From positions 13,161 through 77,160 of the IMG/VR virus record IMGVR_UViG_3300025896_001356: DNA of 64,000 bases; one strand, given 5' to 3'. A model generated the notes under the pieces. The model was not told the DNA's origin and ran no database searches. It saw only the letters and a program-made list of their open reading frames with translations. Of this stretch, positions 47,958 to 58,338 are shown piece by piece. Each line of letters starts with the position of its first letter. Within the stretch, counting starts at the first letter, position 1. The DNA is from a virus. The position numbers were made by a program, and so were the translations under genes.

Positions 47958-49919
47958 ATGGGAATTAGAGCAAGCTCAGGTGGTCAGTTAGGTTTCGGAG
48001 GTACTTCTGGCGGCACCAGTACAGGCCTAACTATCGAACAAGTGCAAGATATTCTGTCAGAAGCAATTACTACAACTGATACAGTACAAGGCATTACACT
48101 AACATCAACATATGATGATATAACTGGTAAACTTAGAATAAGTTTAGGTACTCCAATAGATGCACCAATTGCAGGGATTGTCCCTGCAAGTATCGAAGTT
48201 GCAAAAACTGGTGTCACAATTGGTGCTGCAAAGGGATTTAACTTTGCTGGGCCAGGAGTTGGTGTCATTAGTATTGTTGATGATGTTGCAACGATTAACA
48301 TTACTGGCGGTGGCGGTGGTGGTGCTGGCATTGGTATTGCTAATGTTGTCATTGATAGCAACGGACATTTAAAAGTATCATTGGATGATGGTAACATCAT
48401 TGATGCTGGTGTTGCTCGTGGCACACAGGGTATCAAAGGTGATACTGGTTTACAAGGGCCGCAGGGTTTAGTTGGCCCTCAGGGCGTACCTGGTATCAAG
48501 GGTGATACTGGTTTACAAGGCGTACCTGGTATCAAAGGTGATACTGGTTTACAAGGTGCCCAGGGAAATACAGGGCGCGGTGTAGCTGCTACTGTAATTG
48601 ACAGTGATGGCAATTTACAAATTTCATTAACTGATGGCAGTATTGTTACTGCTGGTCATGTTGTTGGTCCACAAGGTATACAGGGCGCCCAGGGTGTTCC
48701 TGGCATTGCTGGTTTAAAAGGCGACACTGGTCTACAAGGATTGCCAGGTGCTGCAGGTAGTCCAGGAGTGCAGGGTGTGCCAGGTGCCGATGGTGCGCAG
48801 GGTAGTACAGGTGCAACTGGCGCAAGTGTTAGTGCAGGGGCAGTAGTAAATGGTCATTTGATTATTACTAAGACCGATGGCGCAACAATCGACGCTGGTA
48901 GCGTAGTTGGGCCGCAGGGTGTTCAGGGTGTACAAGGTGTCAAGGGCGACACTGGCACGCAAGGTGCAGCAGGTGTTAGCTATACTCTTAATAATAAAAG
49001 CGGCCAAGTGCAAGTATTTGGGTTATCAACTACTACACAGCCCGGCTACGATTTAGAAGTTGATCTTGCTAACAAAGCAAACAAACTTACAACATCACGT
49101 AATATTGCATTGTCTGGTAAAGTAACTGGTCTAACTACATTTGACGGTAGTGGTAACGTTACTATGCTTACATCATTAAATGGTGTAACTACCAATGATG
49201 TTGCTGAAGGTACAAACCAATATTTTACAAATGCAAGAGCACGGGCTGCATTAAGCGCAAGTACTGGCCTAAGTTATAATAGTGCAACTGGCGTAATGTC
49301 ATTGAACGCTAATAGCGATCAGCTTAACGAAGGTACAAACAATTTATACTTTACCAATAATAGATTTGATAACAGATTAGGACAAAGTACGTTATCACAG
49401 TTTTCAGACGTTGCTAACGTTACGCCTACTACTGGCCAAGCATTGGTATGGAATGGTAATACTTGGACTCCTGGTACTGTTGCCAGCGGCGCTGGTACAA
49501 CTGCTGGATCAAGTTCTGGTTTATTTAAAGCAACTGTTCAAGTTGAATATGATGCAAGCGGTAACCTAAGCAATGTGAGTATTTTAAACGGTGGCATTAG
49601 TGCAGTTATTACAACTGCAACTTCTACATCGGCTACAGTAACTTTTACATTCACTGGCAGTACTTGTTCCCCAATGGGTATTCAAGTGTATGGATATCAA
49701 CGCACAAACAATGTATATGTAACTCGTGCATTAGCAAGTGATTTTCCAACAAGAACTGTAGCAGCAGGTGGAGTATCAGGTGCGCCAACTACGTTCAGTG
49801 CGTTTGATGCGACTGCTAACACAATGACTCTTGGATTGACCAAGGCTGTTACAGGTGCAAGTGCTGGCATTGGCCAGACTACCCATTGTGTATTGCAATT
49901 CTTACTAAGTTCAATCTAA
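47958..49919 (+). CDS. Collagen-like tail fibre/virion protein
   Basis: Several Gly-X-Y runs, EGTN.YFT repeats, FDGSGNV. Confidence 0.8.
   Translation: MGIRASSGGQLGFGGTSGGTSTGLTIEQVQDILSEAITTTDTVQGITLTSTYDDITGKLRISLGTPIDAPIAGIVPASIEVAKTGVTIGAAKGFNFAGPGVGVISIVDDVATINITGGGGGGAGIGIANVVIDSNGHLKVSLDDGNIIDAGVARGTQGIKGDTGLQGPQGLVGPQGVPGIKGDTGLQGVPGIKGDTGLQGAQGNTGRGVAATVIDSDGNLQISLTDGSIVTAGHVVGPQGIQGAQGVPGIAGLKGDTGLQGLPGAAGSPGVQGVPGADGAQGSTGATGASVSAGAVVNGHLIITKTDGATIDAGSVVGPQGVQGVQGVKGDTGTQGAAGVSYTLNNKSGQVQVFGLSTTTQPGYDLEVDLANKANKLTTSRNIALSGKVTGLTTFDGSGNVTMLTSLNGVTTNDVAEGTNQYFTNARARAALSASTGLSYNSATGVMSLNANSDQLNEGTNNLYFTNNRFDNRLGQSTLSQFSDVANVTPTTGQALVWNGNTWTPGTVASGAGTTAGSSSGLFKATVQVEYDASGNLSNVSILNGGISAVITTATSTSATVTFTFTGSTCSPMGIQVYGYQRTNNVYVTRALASDFPTRTVAAGGVSGAPTTFSAFDATANTMTLGLTKAVTGASAGIGQTTHCVLQFLLSSI
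48430..48560 (+). repeat. Tandem collagen-coding repeats
   Basis: ggtatcaa(a/g)ggtgatactggtttacaagg occurs three times. Confidence 0.8.
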
Positions 49920-49927
49920 GGAATAAC

Positions 49928-51913
49928 ATGACAATTAATGCATGGAAAACAAACTTCATTGGATTAAACAAACCAGCAAAAGTGCTTTCAGGCAGTGCTG
50001 ACTCGTTTGTTAGTTTAGACTTGTGGCCATATGCAAATGGTATTGATGATCCATATTGGAGCGGTGGCACAAATCCACAATTTTATCGTTGGCAAGTCAA
50101 GTTCACTGTCAATGAACGTCAACACGGATCACACTTGACTCGTACCCCGTTTAGATTTAATGCACAAGATATTGAAGTTGGTGACTTTGTTGCTGGCGCA
50201 CAAGATGGCAAAGTTTGTCAGATCATGAGTATCATATCTAAAACTGACAGCGAAATTGTTGCTATTGTAGAAGATAGATTGCGATATAATACATTTCGTG
50301 ATACAGCAGGTTTTGGGCTGTTCTCAACTCCGGGCACTGTTATATTTTTTCAAATCAATGAACTCGGCTATCCAATGTTGGATCCAGTTCCTGGTGAAGC
50401 AGCAGCTGATTTTGCAAGTAATGTAATGAGTCGCTTTCAATATTTGAATCCATTAATTAACTATCTATTAGAAAAGACAGATAACGGATTTGAACAAGGT
50501 GACGCTATCTGTATCGAAGCTGAACAATTTGTATTAAGTAATTCAGACAACGTAAGTAAGTTCATTGGAACTGTAGTACATCCGGGGCCAGGGCCTCATC
50601 AATTCATCCTGCGGCCCGCAAACGGAGTCATTGACTTTGTTGCAAACTTGCCTGGCGCAGTAGGTGATTACATTTATCCAAGCATAGATGGTACTGGTGA
50701 TCTGACAACAAGTGATGTTAGTCGTCGACCAATTTACATGAAAGTTGCAAAAGCATTAACCAGTGCAACCACAGGTGTTGGGGTTAACCCACACGGAGTA
50801 GCTGGGGATATTATCGAATTCAATCGAATCCAAATGCCTCTTTTTGGTAACGGTGAAACATATAACTTAGATGATGCAGTTGCTATTATCAATGCTGCAA
50901 TTGGCCAACATTTTATTACAGCAACCAAAGTTGGTGCTGCAACAATTGCAGTGTCAGATACTGCTACTGTAGGCAGTGCATACGGAATTGTAGCAGGTTA
51001 TAGTCCGTTTAGCGCAACTATTAATGGGCAACTTGTTACTTTTACTACAACCACGAGCGGTAGTGCTGCATATGGTGACTCTGCTGTAGCAGATGTCAAT
51101 GATATGGCGTTTGATATTAATTTAGCAAACATAACTGACATTGTTGCCAGTGTGAGTGATGGCAGCAATTTGAGATTGACAAACACTGCTGGTCAGAATA
51201 TTGAAATTATTAACGTAGCAGTAGATGCAAACGGAAATAACTTTGCGGGTCCAGCATCTGTATCATCACTGCCGTTGGCAACTATTGCAAACGGGACTAC
51301 CCATGCACTAAGGTTAGAACGTCTTGATGGCGGTCCAATTACAATCAGGGATATCCAAGGATCGTTCTTGTCCGATGCAGGGGTAATGAGCGGTCAGAAT
51401 GGCCGATATGCATTAGCACTAAACATTGAGCAAGGTTTGAGAGCAAGCGCAACCACAGTAGTAGGAACTATGGGCGCACGTGAAGCACTACATGCATTAA
51501 TTGGTGACCAGTGTCACGTTTTAAATGATGGCAACAATGAATGGGCGTTGTTTGTGTACGATGGATCAAATTGGGTAAAAGTTAGCGGTCAACGTAGTGT
51601 TGTAGTCGATGCACGTACAATTAAAGAAGTAATTGATTTGCCAGGAACTACTACTATAATTGGCACAGTAAGCGAAGAACGCAGAATCTTAAATATTAGT
51701 GTTGCAGTGTTGCAAACATTAGTTAATGCTCCGGCAGTTACAGTAAGCATAGGCAATAACATTGTATGGGACTTTACAAAACACGGTGCAAGTGAAATTG
51801 GTTCGTACAGTGTTGACAGCAACTTAGTAACTGATACTCGCAATGATGTTGTTGTTAACATTCCGGCAAATGCTGCAAGCGGCCAATTGCAAATCGAGGT
51901 TACATACGTATAA
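49928..51913 (+). CDS. Large virion structural protein (tail/baseplate-associated)
   Basis: Beta-rich, Thr/Gly/Ala-rich, within the structural operon. Confidence 0.6.
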   Translation: MTINAWKTNFIGLNKPAKVLSGSADSFVSLDLWPYANGIDDPYWSGGTNPQFYRWQVKFTVNERQHGSHLTRTPFRFNAQDIEVGDFVAGAQDGKVCQIMSIISKTDSEIVAIVEDRLRYNTFRDTAGFGLFSTPGTVIFFQINELGYPMLDPVPGEAAADFASNVMSRFQYLNPLINYLLEKTDNGFEQGDAICIEAEQFVLSNSDNVSKFIGTVVHPGPGPHQFILRPANGVIDFVANLPGAVGDYIYPSIDGTGDLTTSDVSRRPIYMKVAKALTSATTGVGVNPHGVAGDIIEFNRIQMPLFGNGETYNLDDAVAIINAAIGQHFITATKVGAATIAVSDTATVGSAYGIVAGYSPFSATINGQLVTFTTTTSGSAAYGDSAVADVNDMAFDINLANITDIVASVSDGSNLRLTNTAGQNIEIINVAVDANGNNFAGPASVSSLPLATIANGTTHALRLERLDGGPITIRDIQGSFLSDAGVMSGQNGRYALALNIEQGLRASATTVVGTMGAREALHALIGDQCHVLNDGNNEWALFVYDGSNWVKVSGQRSVVVDARTIKEVIDLPGTTTIIGTVSEERRILNISVAVLQTLVNAPAVTVSIGNNIVWDFTKHGASEIGSYSVDSNLVTDTRNDVVVNIPANAASGQLQIEVTYV

Positions 51914-52290
51914 TGAAAACATTTAATAACACATCTGGAACTACCTCAAGTGACTTTGCATTGGGGCAAGGGACTGGTAGCGAAGTAAGACAAATTGTAT
52001 TAAATGCGACAGGCACTGGCCAGGCATTTGATCGCGAAGGTCACGAAATTATAATTAGTTCCGTAGAATTTTATGATATCAAAATGCTTGCACGAAATGC
52101 AAGTGGTGGTATTGTTTCCAAACAACTTCGTGGCACGATACACGGAGTTGTAGTAACACGAATCGAAGACGTGTTCCAAGAAGATTTTGCTGCTGATGTT
52201 ACATTAACATCAACTGGCACAATATTAAGCGTACATTGTATAGGTACAGCAAACTTCACAATCTACACAACATTGACAAGGGTAGCATAA
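51913..52290 (+). CDS. Putative structural protein
   Basis: Operon context. Confidence 0.55.
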   Translation: MKTFNNTSGTTSSDFALGQGTGSEVRQIVLNATGTGQAFDREGHEIIISSVEFYDIKMLARNASGGIVSKQLRGTIHGVVVTRIEDVFQEDFAADVTLTSTGTILSVHCIGTANFTIYTTLTRVA

Positions 52291-53042
52291 TGGCAAATAT
52301 TAGTATATCAGAGCTGTTTCCAACAGTAAACTTTGGACCAACAGACGAGTTTGTTATTGTCCAAGACAATAGAACTGTTCGCATTAATGGCATAGATGTT
52401 ATACATGGCATCTCAACCATGACTAATTTAGCAACCAAATCATATGTTGATGCTATTGTAAACGGGGCGCCAGGCACGTTAGATACACTTGCAGAAATTG
52501 CTGCCGCACTAAATGATGATGCTAATTTTGCAGGCACAATTACTACACTTATTAATTCAAAACTTGCAGCAGATGATTTTGAACCACGTTTCTGGCAGTT
52601 GATTAATTCTTCAGTTAAGACTGCAAACATTCCCGAACTGAATAATTTATACTTTACTACCCAACGTGTATTAGACGTTGTCCGACCATTGATCCCAACA
52701 TCATTTGTAACATCTTACAATGACTTGACAAATAAGCCTAGTATTCCAACTGATATAAATCAACTTAGTGATGCAAGCGGTCTACTTGGCCAAGGCAGTG
52801 GCGGAAGTTATCCAACTGCTCCAACATTTACTACTGTAACAACAACTAACTTAAATGTTAAAAATGTTGCATTTACTGGCACCGGCGCTGTTACAATCAG
52901 TAGCGGAAATGATCTAAACTTTGTTGCAGCCGGCAATATTACATTCAATGGAGCGACTGCTATTACTAAATTGCAACTAAAGGCAGTTGTTGCGGCATCA
53001 ACTGATTTCGCAGATTTTAAAGCTCGTATTGCAGCAATTTAA
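52290..53042 (+). CDS. Tail fibre-like protein
   Basis: GAPGTLDTLAEIAAALNDDANFA, SYNDLTNKPSIP, STDFADFKARIAA. Confidence 0.8.
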   Translation: MANISISELFPTVNFGPTDEFVIVQDNRTVRINGIDVIHGISTMTNLATKSYVDAIVNGAPGTLDTLAEIAAALNDDANFAGTITTLINSKLAADDFEPRFWQLINSSVKTANIPELNNLYFTTQRVLDVVRPLIPTSFVTSYNDLTNKPSIPTDINQLSDASGLLGQGSGGSYPTAPTFTTVTTTNLNVKNVAFTGTGAVTISSGNDLNFVAAGNITFNGATAITKLQLKAVVAASTDFADFKARIAAI

Positions 53043-53052
53043 GGAATAACAA

Positions 53053-54573
53053 ATGGAATATATTGTAACAGTTGCGGACCCACAAGTGTGGGACACGCTA
53101 TGGGATGAATTGACATCAAACGGATTAGGCGATAACTTTATTCCCGATCATGCAGTCACAGTGATTAATGAACGTCCGTTCAATGACTTTTCTGCACACT
53201 TTGACTTAACCAATGAAGAAGCACAAAATCTAAGATTAGACCCACGTATACAATCAGTTGAGTTACAAGCAGATCAACAACCTGGTATTATTAAACGTTT
53301 CAATGGACAACGGTTAGGAAATTATGATCGTAACCCATATTCAACTACATCAACTATGAAGAACTGGGGCTTGCTACGTTGTAGTAACCAAGCCGATCCA
53401 TTTGGAACTGCATCAACTCTACAGACTAATTTTAACTACAACTTAGATGGCAGTGGAGTCGATATTATTTTAATTGATACTGGAGTTGAAGCAGGCCATC
53501 CCGAGTTTGCAGTCAATGCAGACGGTACTGGCGCAAGTCGTGTAGTAGACTTTGATTGGTATAGTCTCGGTGTTCCAGGTGTTCCATCTGGACCAACTAT
53601 CGGCGGATACATTGGAGATTCAGATGGGCATGGTAGCAACTGCGCAAGCATTGCAGCCGGTAATACATGCGGTTGGGCGCCTGGCGCTGCAATTTATAGT
53701 ATTCGTATTTTTGGTGGCACCAGCATTAAAACAGGTGCGACTCTTGGTGTAATTAACTCTGATTTTGCATTTGACTTAGTTCGTGCATTCCATTTGAAGA
53801 AGATTGCCGAAGGTAATACACGACCAACAGTCTGTTCAAATAGCTGGGGCTACTATGCGTACTATAGCGGTATGCAAACTACAAATTTTCGCGGTACCGT
53901 ATATACAACATCAAGTCGAAATGCCAACTATGGCCAAGTTGCATCAATACACGGAGCTCGTACTATCTATGTTGACACTGCTGTAGAGAATTGTGCAAAT
54001 GCTGGAGTTATCTTAATTGGTGCAGCGGGCAACTACTCGCATAAGATTGACGTACCAGGTGGAATAGATTACAATAATTATTGGTCAAATGGTTGGGGCA
54101 ATACATATTACCATAGAGGTTCAAGTCCAACTGCTACCCCAAGTATGATTAATGTAGGTGCAACAGATTCTGTATTATCAAATCCTGCTGTTGAGCGTAA
54201 AGCATACTTTAGCGAAACTGGCCCTCGAGTTGATGTGTATGCTCCAGGTACTATGATTATGGGTGCTTACGCAAATAAATCATATCAAACTTATGCAGTT
54301 GCAGATCTTCGTAAATCTGGCTACTATCTTAATAAGATTTCTGGGACAAGCCAGGCTACTCCTCAAGTGGCAGGCTATGTTGCATGCCTGTTACAACTGC
54401 GACCAACTTCTAATGTAGGTGATATTAAAAACTTTATTTCAACGCACAGCAATAAAAATAAGTTAGCAGAAGGAGTAGAATCATGGACCAATCAATATAC
54501 ACTGCACGGTGGCGCAAACAGCTATTTGTATACTCCATTTACTAATCCAAGTCGCGGCAGTATTACCAGTTAA
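53053..54573 (+). CDS. Subtilisin-like serine protease (S8)
   Basis: IDTG, HGSNCA, AAGN, SGTSQATP catalytic motifs. Confidence 0.9.
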   Translation: MEYIVTVADPQVWDTLWDELTSNGLGDNFIPDHAVTVINERPFNDFSAHFDLTNEEAQNLRLDPRIQSVELQADQQPGIIKRFNGQRLGNYDRNPYSTTSTMKNWGLLRCSNQADPFGTASTLQTNFNYNLDGSGVDIILIDTGVEAGHPEFAVNADGTGASRVVDFDWYSLGVPGVPSGPTIGGYIGDSDGHGSNCASIAAGNTCGWAPGAAIYSIRIFGGTSIKTGATLGVINSDFAFDLVRAFHLKKIAEGNTRPTVCSNSWGYYAYYSGMQTTNFRGTVYTTSSRNANYGQVASIHGARTIYVDTAVENCANAGVILIGAAGNYSHKIDVPGGIDYNNYWSNGWGNTYYHRGSSPTATPSMINVGATDSVLSNPAVERKAYFSETGPRVDVYAPGTMIMGAYANKSYQTYAVADLRKSGYYLNKISGTSQATPQVAGYVACLLQLRPTSNVGDIKNFISTHSNKNKLAEGVESWTNQYTLHGGANSYLYTPFTNPSRGSITS

Positions 54574-54596
54574 CCGTTAATTTGATAAGTATTGGT

Positions 54597-55430
54597 ATGA
54601 CACCATATCAAAGACGATACGGCACTTTAGTGCCAAACCCTATTACTCCACCAAATGATGTTGTAACTACGTTACTACGCAGGGTATCTAATAGAAAGTT
54701 TAACGGTAAGCCGTTGGCACCAGGGTTGCTGGAACTTCTTATCGCTGCTGCTCAAAGTGCTCCTACCAGCGGGATGCTTCAAACTTGGAGTGTCATTGCA
54801 CTAACTACCCCTGAAGAAAAAGCAAAGTTATTTAACGGGCCCGGACATATGAATGTTATCGGTGGCGTAGATAGCCAAAATACTATTGCAATTAATACAT
54901 CGGCTGTTGTATTAATTTGGCTCGCTGATTTGTCAAGGTTGGAACTTATTTTAAAAACTGTGGATACAGATGACTTAATAAAAGCCCAAGTTACAAAAGC
55001 AGAATACCATCTAAAGGCTATCATTGATGCAACTATTGCGGCCCAAACATTCTTTATGGCTGCAGAGTCCATGGGTATCACAGGTACATACTGTGGGGCA
55101 ATAAGACAATTGCCAATTTCAGCCCTTGAGACTGAGTTTAACTTGCCTAAGCATACTTTCCCAATTTTTGGTACGATTCATGGATACAATGATGATGCTG
55201 TGCTTGCTCATGTTAGGCCCAGAATGCCAAGTAATTTGGTTTTGCACCACGGTTCGTATACAAAAATGCAAGATACAAACGAACTAAAGGACTATAATAT
55301 AGCACACAGGCGGAACGGCAGTCCGCATTGTTCAAATTTTGAAGATCGAGTAATTGAAAGATTGGCGCCAAGTCTTAGTAAAGAAGCAGTTGGCGATGCA
55401 TTACGATATATGGGATTTGACTTTAAATAA
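54597..55430 (+). CDS. Nitroreductase (NfsA/Frp-like)
   Basis: RVSNRKF, AQSAPTS..LQ, AESMG..G.Y.GAIR, RPRMP. Confidence 0.88.
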   Translation: MTPYQRRYGTLVPNPITPPNDVVTTLLRRVSNRKFNGKPLAPGLLELLIAAAQSAPTSGMLQTWSVIALTTPEEKAKLFNGPGHMNVIGGVDSQNTIAINTSAVVLIWLADLSRLELILKTVDTDDLIKAQVTKAEYHLKAIIDATIAAQTFFMAAESMGITGTYCGAIRQLPISALETEFNLPKHTFPIFGTIHGYNDDAVLAHVRPRMPSNLVLHHGSYTKMQDTNELKDYNIAHRRNGSPHCSNFEDRVIERLAPSLSKEAVGDALRYMGFDFK

Positions 55431-55438
55431 GGAATTAT

Positions 55439-55819
55439 ATGGAAATACTTGAACCAAAACACTTTCTAAGAATTTGTGTATCACGTGAGCTCACTGATGT
55501 AGAATTTGAGGACATGACAGATATTGTTGATGATGAAATTGGTGACATTGTTGCAAGCGACGATGTCATCGAACACGATAATGCAGCAGGTATGATTTGC
55601 TATATGTTCCAACTTACCACTGATATCGAACATAGTGAGCAAGGCGCAATGTCCGGAGATATTGTTAGCTATGAAATAGATCGAATGCTACCACGTGGAC
55701 TCGAATGGGAAATGGAAGCCAGCACCGACGACATTACATTGAATATTGCAGATGATGCAACTCAAGAACAAGTAGAAGAAGCAGCTATCAACTACTTTCG
55801 TAATATCTTGAATGGCTGA
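55439..55819 (+). CDS. Acidic hypothetical protein
   Basis: AAGGA RBS. Confidence 0.6.
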   Translation: MEILEPKHFLRICVSRELTDVEFEDMTDIVDDEIGDIVASDDVIEHDNAAGMICYMFQLTTDIEHSEQGAMSGDIVSYEIDRMLPRGLEWEMEASTDDITLNIADDATQEQVEEAAINYFRNILNG

Positions 55820-56277
55820 TGAAATATTCGCCGGGTTCATTACATCTACTAGGCTACACTAAACGCAGTCCCATCTGGGATGATTTTGTTACTAAAACCA
55901 TGGCAACATGGTACAAATTCAGCCCTGATCATAGCGTAAGTCACTTCGCCTGGGTTAATAATTCCAACCATCGCAATAGCCAAGGCACTACACACGGTGG
56001 CGCATTAATGACATATATGGACTATTGTATGGCTGCTGCTGTTTGGGATTTGTCGGGTGGCAAAGCTGCATTTACTATAGAACTTAACAACCAATTTATT
56101 AGGCCAGCACGTATCACACGTTGGCTCTTTGCTGAAATTAGGCCCACTCGTATCACTGATGTAATTGAGCTCGAAGGTGTAGTCAGGGCCAATGATCCAA
56201 CTGGTATGATTGTGATGAAAAGTTATGGTAAATTTACTTTGCCAAAAGAGTTAAAAATGCTTGACAATGACGAGTAA
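55819..56277 (+). CDS. PaaI/hotdog thioesterase
   Basis: HRNSQGTTHGGALMTYMD, FIRPA. Confidence 0.85.
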   Translation: MKYSPGSLHLLGYTKRSPIWDDFVTKTMATWYKFSPDHSVSHFAWVNNSNHRNSQGTTHGGALMTYMDYCMAAAVWDLSGGKAAFTIELNNQFIRPARITRWLFAEIRPTRITDVIELEGVVRANDPTGMIVMKSYGKFTLPKELKMLDNDE

Positions 56278-56289
56278 GTTTGCTATAAT
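56261..56289 (+). promoter_or_regulatory. sigma70 consensus promoter
   Basis: TTGACA-17-TATAAT. Confidence 0.85.
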
Positions 56290-56324
56290 AGTCACATACG
56301 CTAACAACAGCAACTAAGGAACAT

Positions 56325-56900
56325 ATGAAAATCAATTTACGCAAGGCCAGTGTGGTCCAGCAAACAATCCAAGATGAGATCAAGCGTCTTGGTACAGAGA
56401 GCTACACTCTCAAAGTAAGTCTGTTTGAAACAGACATTGAAGCTCGCCTTAACGAGCAATTGGCAAAAGTGCGTGAGAACCATGCACACGCAGGTCGTTT
56501 GATGAGTGCAAACCGATTCCTGCGGGCTGTGGTAGCTCGAAAGAATGCCGAAGTTGGCATCACTGACTACTTGGCTGAAGAAGCTATGTTAGGTGCTGCA
56601 GAAACACGATTGAAGTCATTTAGCGAAGCTAGTGTTCGCCAAGCATTAGATAGCTTGGTTGCAGAAATTGAAAGCCGCCGTACTCCTGGTAGCGATCGCT
56701 CCAGCATTTACGGTCGTGAATACACCGTTGACGTAAACGTGGTTCCTGCAGAAGCAGTGGCCGAAGCTAAAAAAGAATTGGAAACAATCCGACGACGTCG
56801 ACGCAAGATCAAGGACGAGATGGTATCCATCAATGTCCGTACAGAGTTTGAAGTACCTGAACAGGTAGCACTTGTGCTAACTGAGCTCGGGCTAGACTAA
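56325..56900 (+). CDS. Coiled-coil protein, DIP1984/DUF6847-like
   Basis: Helical; MKINLRKA... N-terminus and ELETIRRRRRKIKDEMVSINVRTEF C-terminus. Family resemblance judged by eye. Confidence 0.55.
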   Translation: MKINLRKASVVQQTIQDEIKRLGTESYTLKVSLFETDIEARLNEQLAKVRENHAHAGRLMSANRFLRAVVARKNAEVGITDYLAEEAMLGAAETRLKSFSEASVRQALDSLVAEIESRRTPGSDRSSIYGREYTVDVNVVPAEAVAEAKKELETIRRRRRKIKDEMVSINVRTEFEVPEQVALVLTELGLD

Positions 56901-57119
56901 GACTGCCACACTTAGTCCAGGGTAGGGAATGAAAATATTTCATCGATTACTCGATGAAACTATTGGCTTAGTCTGAACAACTAAACTAAAATTGTCTTGC
57001 TTAGGCATTAAAAATTATATTGATGTTTGATGTAATGCCTAAGCAAAAGACCCATGTTTGACGTTTGCTGTTTGATATTTGCTATTTGACTATTTTCATT
57101 TCGTCCCTGCTTCGTGGCA
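56895..57119 (+). ncRNA. Large structured RNA with 7-nt tandem repeats, 3' of the coiled-coil gene
   Basis: Perfect 9-bp and 14-bp hairpins inside a long closing helix, five YRTTTGM heptads, and a possible TGCCAC/GTGGCA pseudoknot. Confidence 0.7.
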
Positions 57120-57123
57120 CTAT

Positions 57124-57282
57124 ATGAAGAAAATATGGAGATTATGGGCAAAGGCCCTAGGTGAAAAAGCAGGCAATACTGATCAAGAATCAGATCATAT
57201 TGCTTGCTTTCGTACGATAATTGTGTTAACATACATTATTACAAACTGTTTTATTGTGGCTGGTGTTATCCGGCATTGGTAG
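57124..57282 (+). CDS. Small membrane protein
   Basis: WRLWAKALGEKAG...IVAGVIRHW. Confidence 0.7.
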   Translation: MKKIWRLWAKALGEKAGNTDQESDHIACFRTIIVLTYIITNCFIVAGVIRHW

Positions 57283-57291
57283 GAGCCAATT

Positions 57292-58305
57292 ATGAGTCGT
57301 GTAGGTTTTTGTTGCAAGTGGATCAATGATCCCTCAGAAGTAGCAGGCTTAAAGCCCTCGTCAGTAGATCGTGATCTAAATGGTCGCAGTACTACCATGC
57401 GTTGGTTGCGCGAACACAAGGTCGAAGCTGAACAACGTCAGTGGGACATTATGAATCATAATGCTCGTGCTGCCTTGCTCTTAGTAGAACGTGTGGCCAG
57501 TTTGCCTGCTAATCGTCGCATGGTACGATTAGGTTCAGAAATGCTACAAGGCTATACGCACGATGAATGGATTCCATTCTGGCAGCAGGCTGATGTGCAG
57601 GATCACTGTGCTCGAATCTTTGCTCCTGTAGGTGAAGCTGCTCGACGATTAGATGTGCGTCTTAGTTTCCACCCTGGACAATTCTGTGTGTTGGCTTCTG
57701 AGAATCCTGGCATTGTAGATCGCAGTATCTTAGAATTCGAGTATCACGCAGATCTGGCACGTTGGATGGGTTACGGTCGCACATTTCAGGACTTTAAAAT
57801 TAATGTACATATTTCCGGTAAGCAGGGTCCAGCGGGTATCATTGCTGCACTACAACGACTTAGCCCAGAAGCCAGAAACTGCATCACCATTGAAAACGAC
57901 GAAAACTGCTGGGGCATTGATAGCAGCCTTGAACTGGCCGAACATTGTGCCCTGGTACTTGACGTACACCATCACTGGATCCGTACTGGAGAGTACATTC
58001 AGCCCACCGACGATAGAGTTCTACGTGTGATTGATAGCTGGCGTGGTGTGCGGCCAGCTATGCACTACTCAGTCAGCAGAAAAGATGTGTTGGTTGGTCA
58101 TGCCACAGATGTGTTGCCGGACATGGCTGCACTGTTGGCACAGGGCTACAAAAAGCAAAAGATGCGGGCACATTCGGACTTTTACTGGAATTCAGCAGTG
58201 AATGATTGGGCAGCTACTTTCAGCAATCAATTTGATATTCAGTGCGAAAGCAAAGGCAAGAACTTGGCCAGTGGTGAATTTGCAAAATTAGTGAATGGTC
58301 ACTAA
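57292..58305 (+). CDS. uvsE: UV damage endonuclease UvsE
   Basis: RLSFHPGQFCVLAS, TIENDE, VLDVHHHW, HYS, AHSD, CESK.KN. Confidence 0.92.
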   Translation: MSRVGFCCKWINDPSEVAGLKPSSVDRDLNGRSTTMRWLREHKVEAEQRQWDIMNHNARAALLLVERVASLPANRRMVRLGSEMLQGYTHDEWIPFWQQADVQDHCARIFAPVGEAARRLDVRLSFHPGQFCVLASENPGIVDRSILEFEYHADLARWMGYGRTFQDFKINVHISGKQGPAGIIAALQRLSPEARNCITIENDENCWGIDSSLELAEHCALVLDVHHHWIRTGEYIQPTDDRVLRVIDSWRGVRPAMHYSVSRKDVLVGHATDVLPDMAALLAQGYKKQKMRAHSDFYWNSAVNDWAATFSNQFDIQCESKGKNLASGEFAKLVNGH

Positions 58306-58338
58306 TTCCCCCTAAAACTATTAAAACGGACTACATTG

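Noticed and set aside
47984-49013. Antisense ORFs over the collagen gene, and similar shadow ORFs elsewhere
   Set aside because: Explained by codon periodicity of the sense-strand genes; no independent evidence.
57055-57089. CRISPR array or simple microsatellite
   Set aside because: Units are 7 nt with no spacers, are imperfect, and are embedded in a folded scaffold. No cas genes are in the window.
57008-57232. Minus-strand 74-aa ORF and the 57079 upstream extension as real genes
   Set aside because: They cross the structured repeat RNA and have no recognisable motif. The real small gene most likely starts at ATG 57124.
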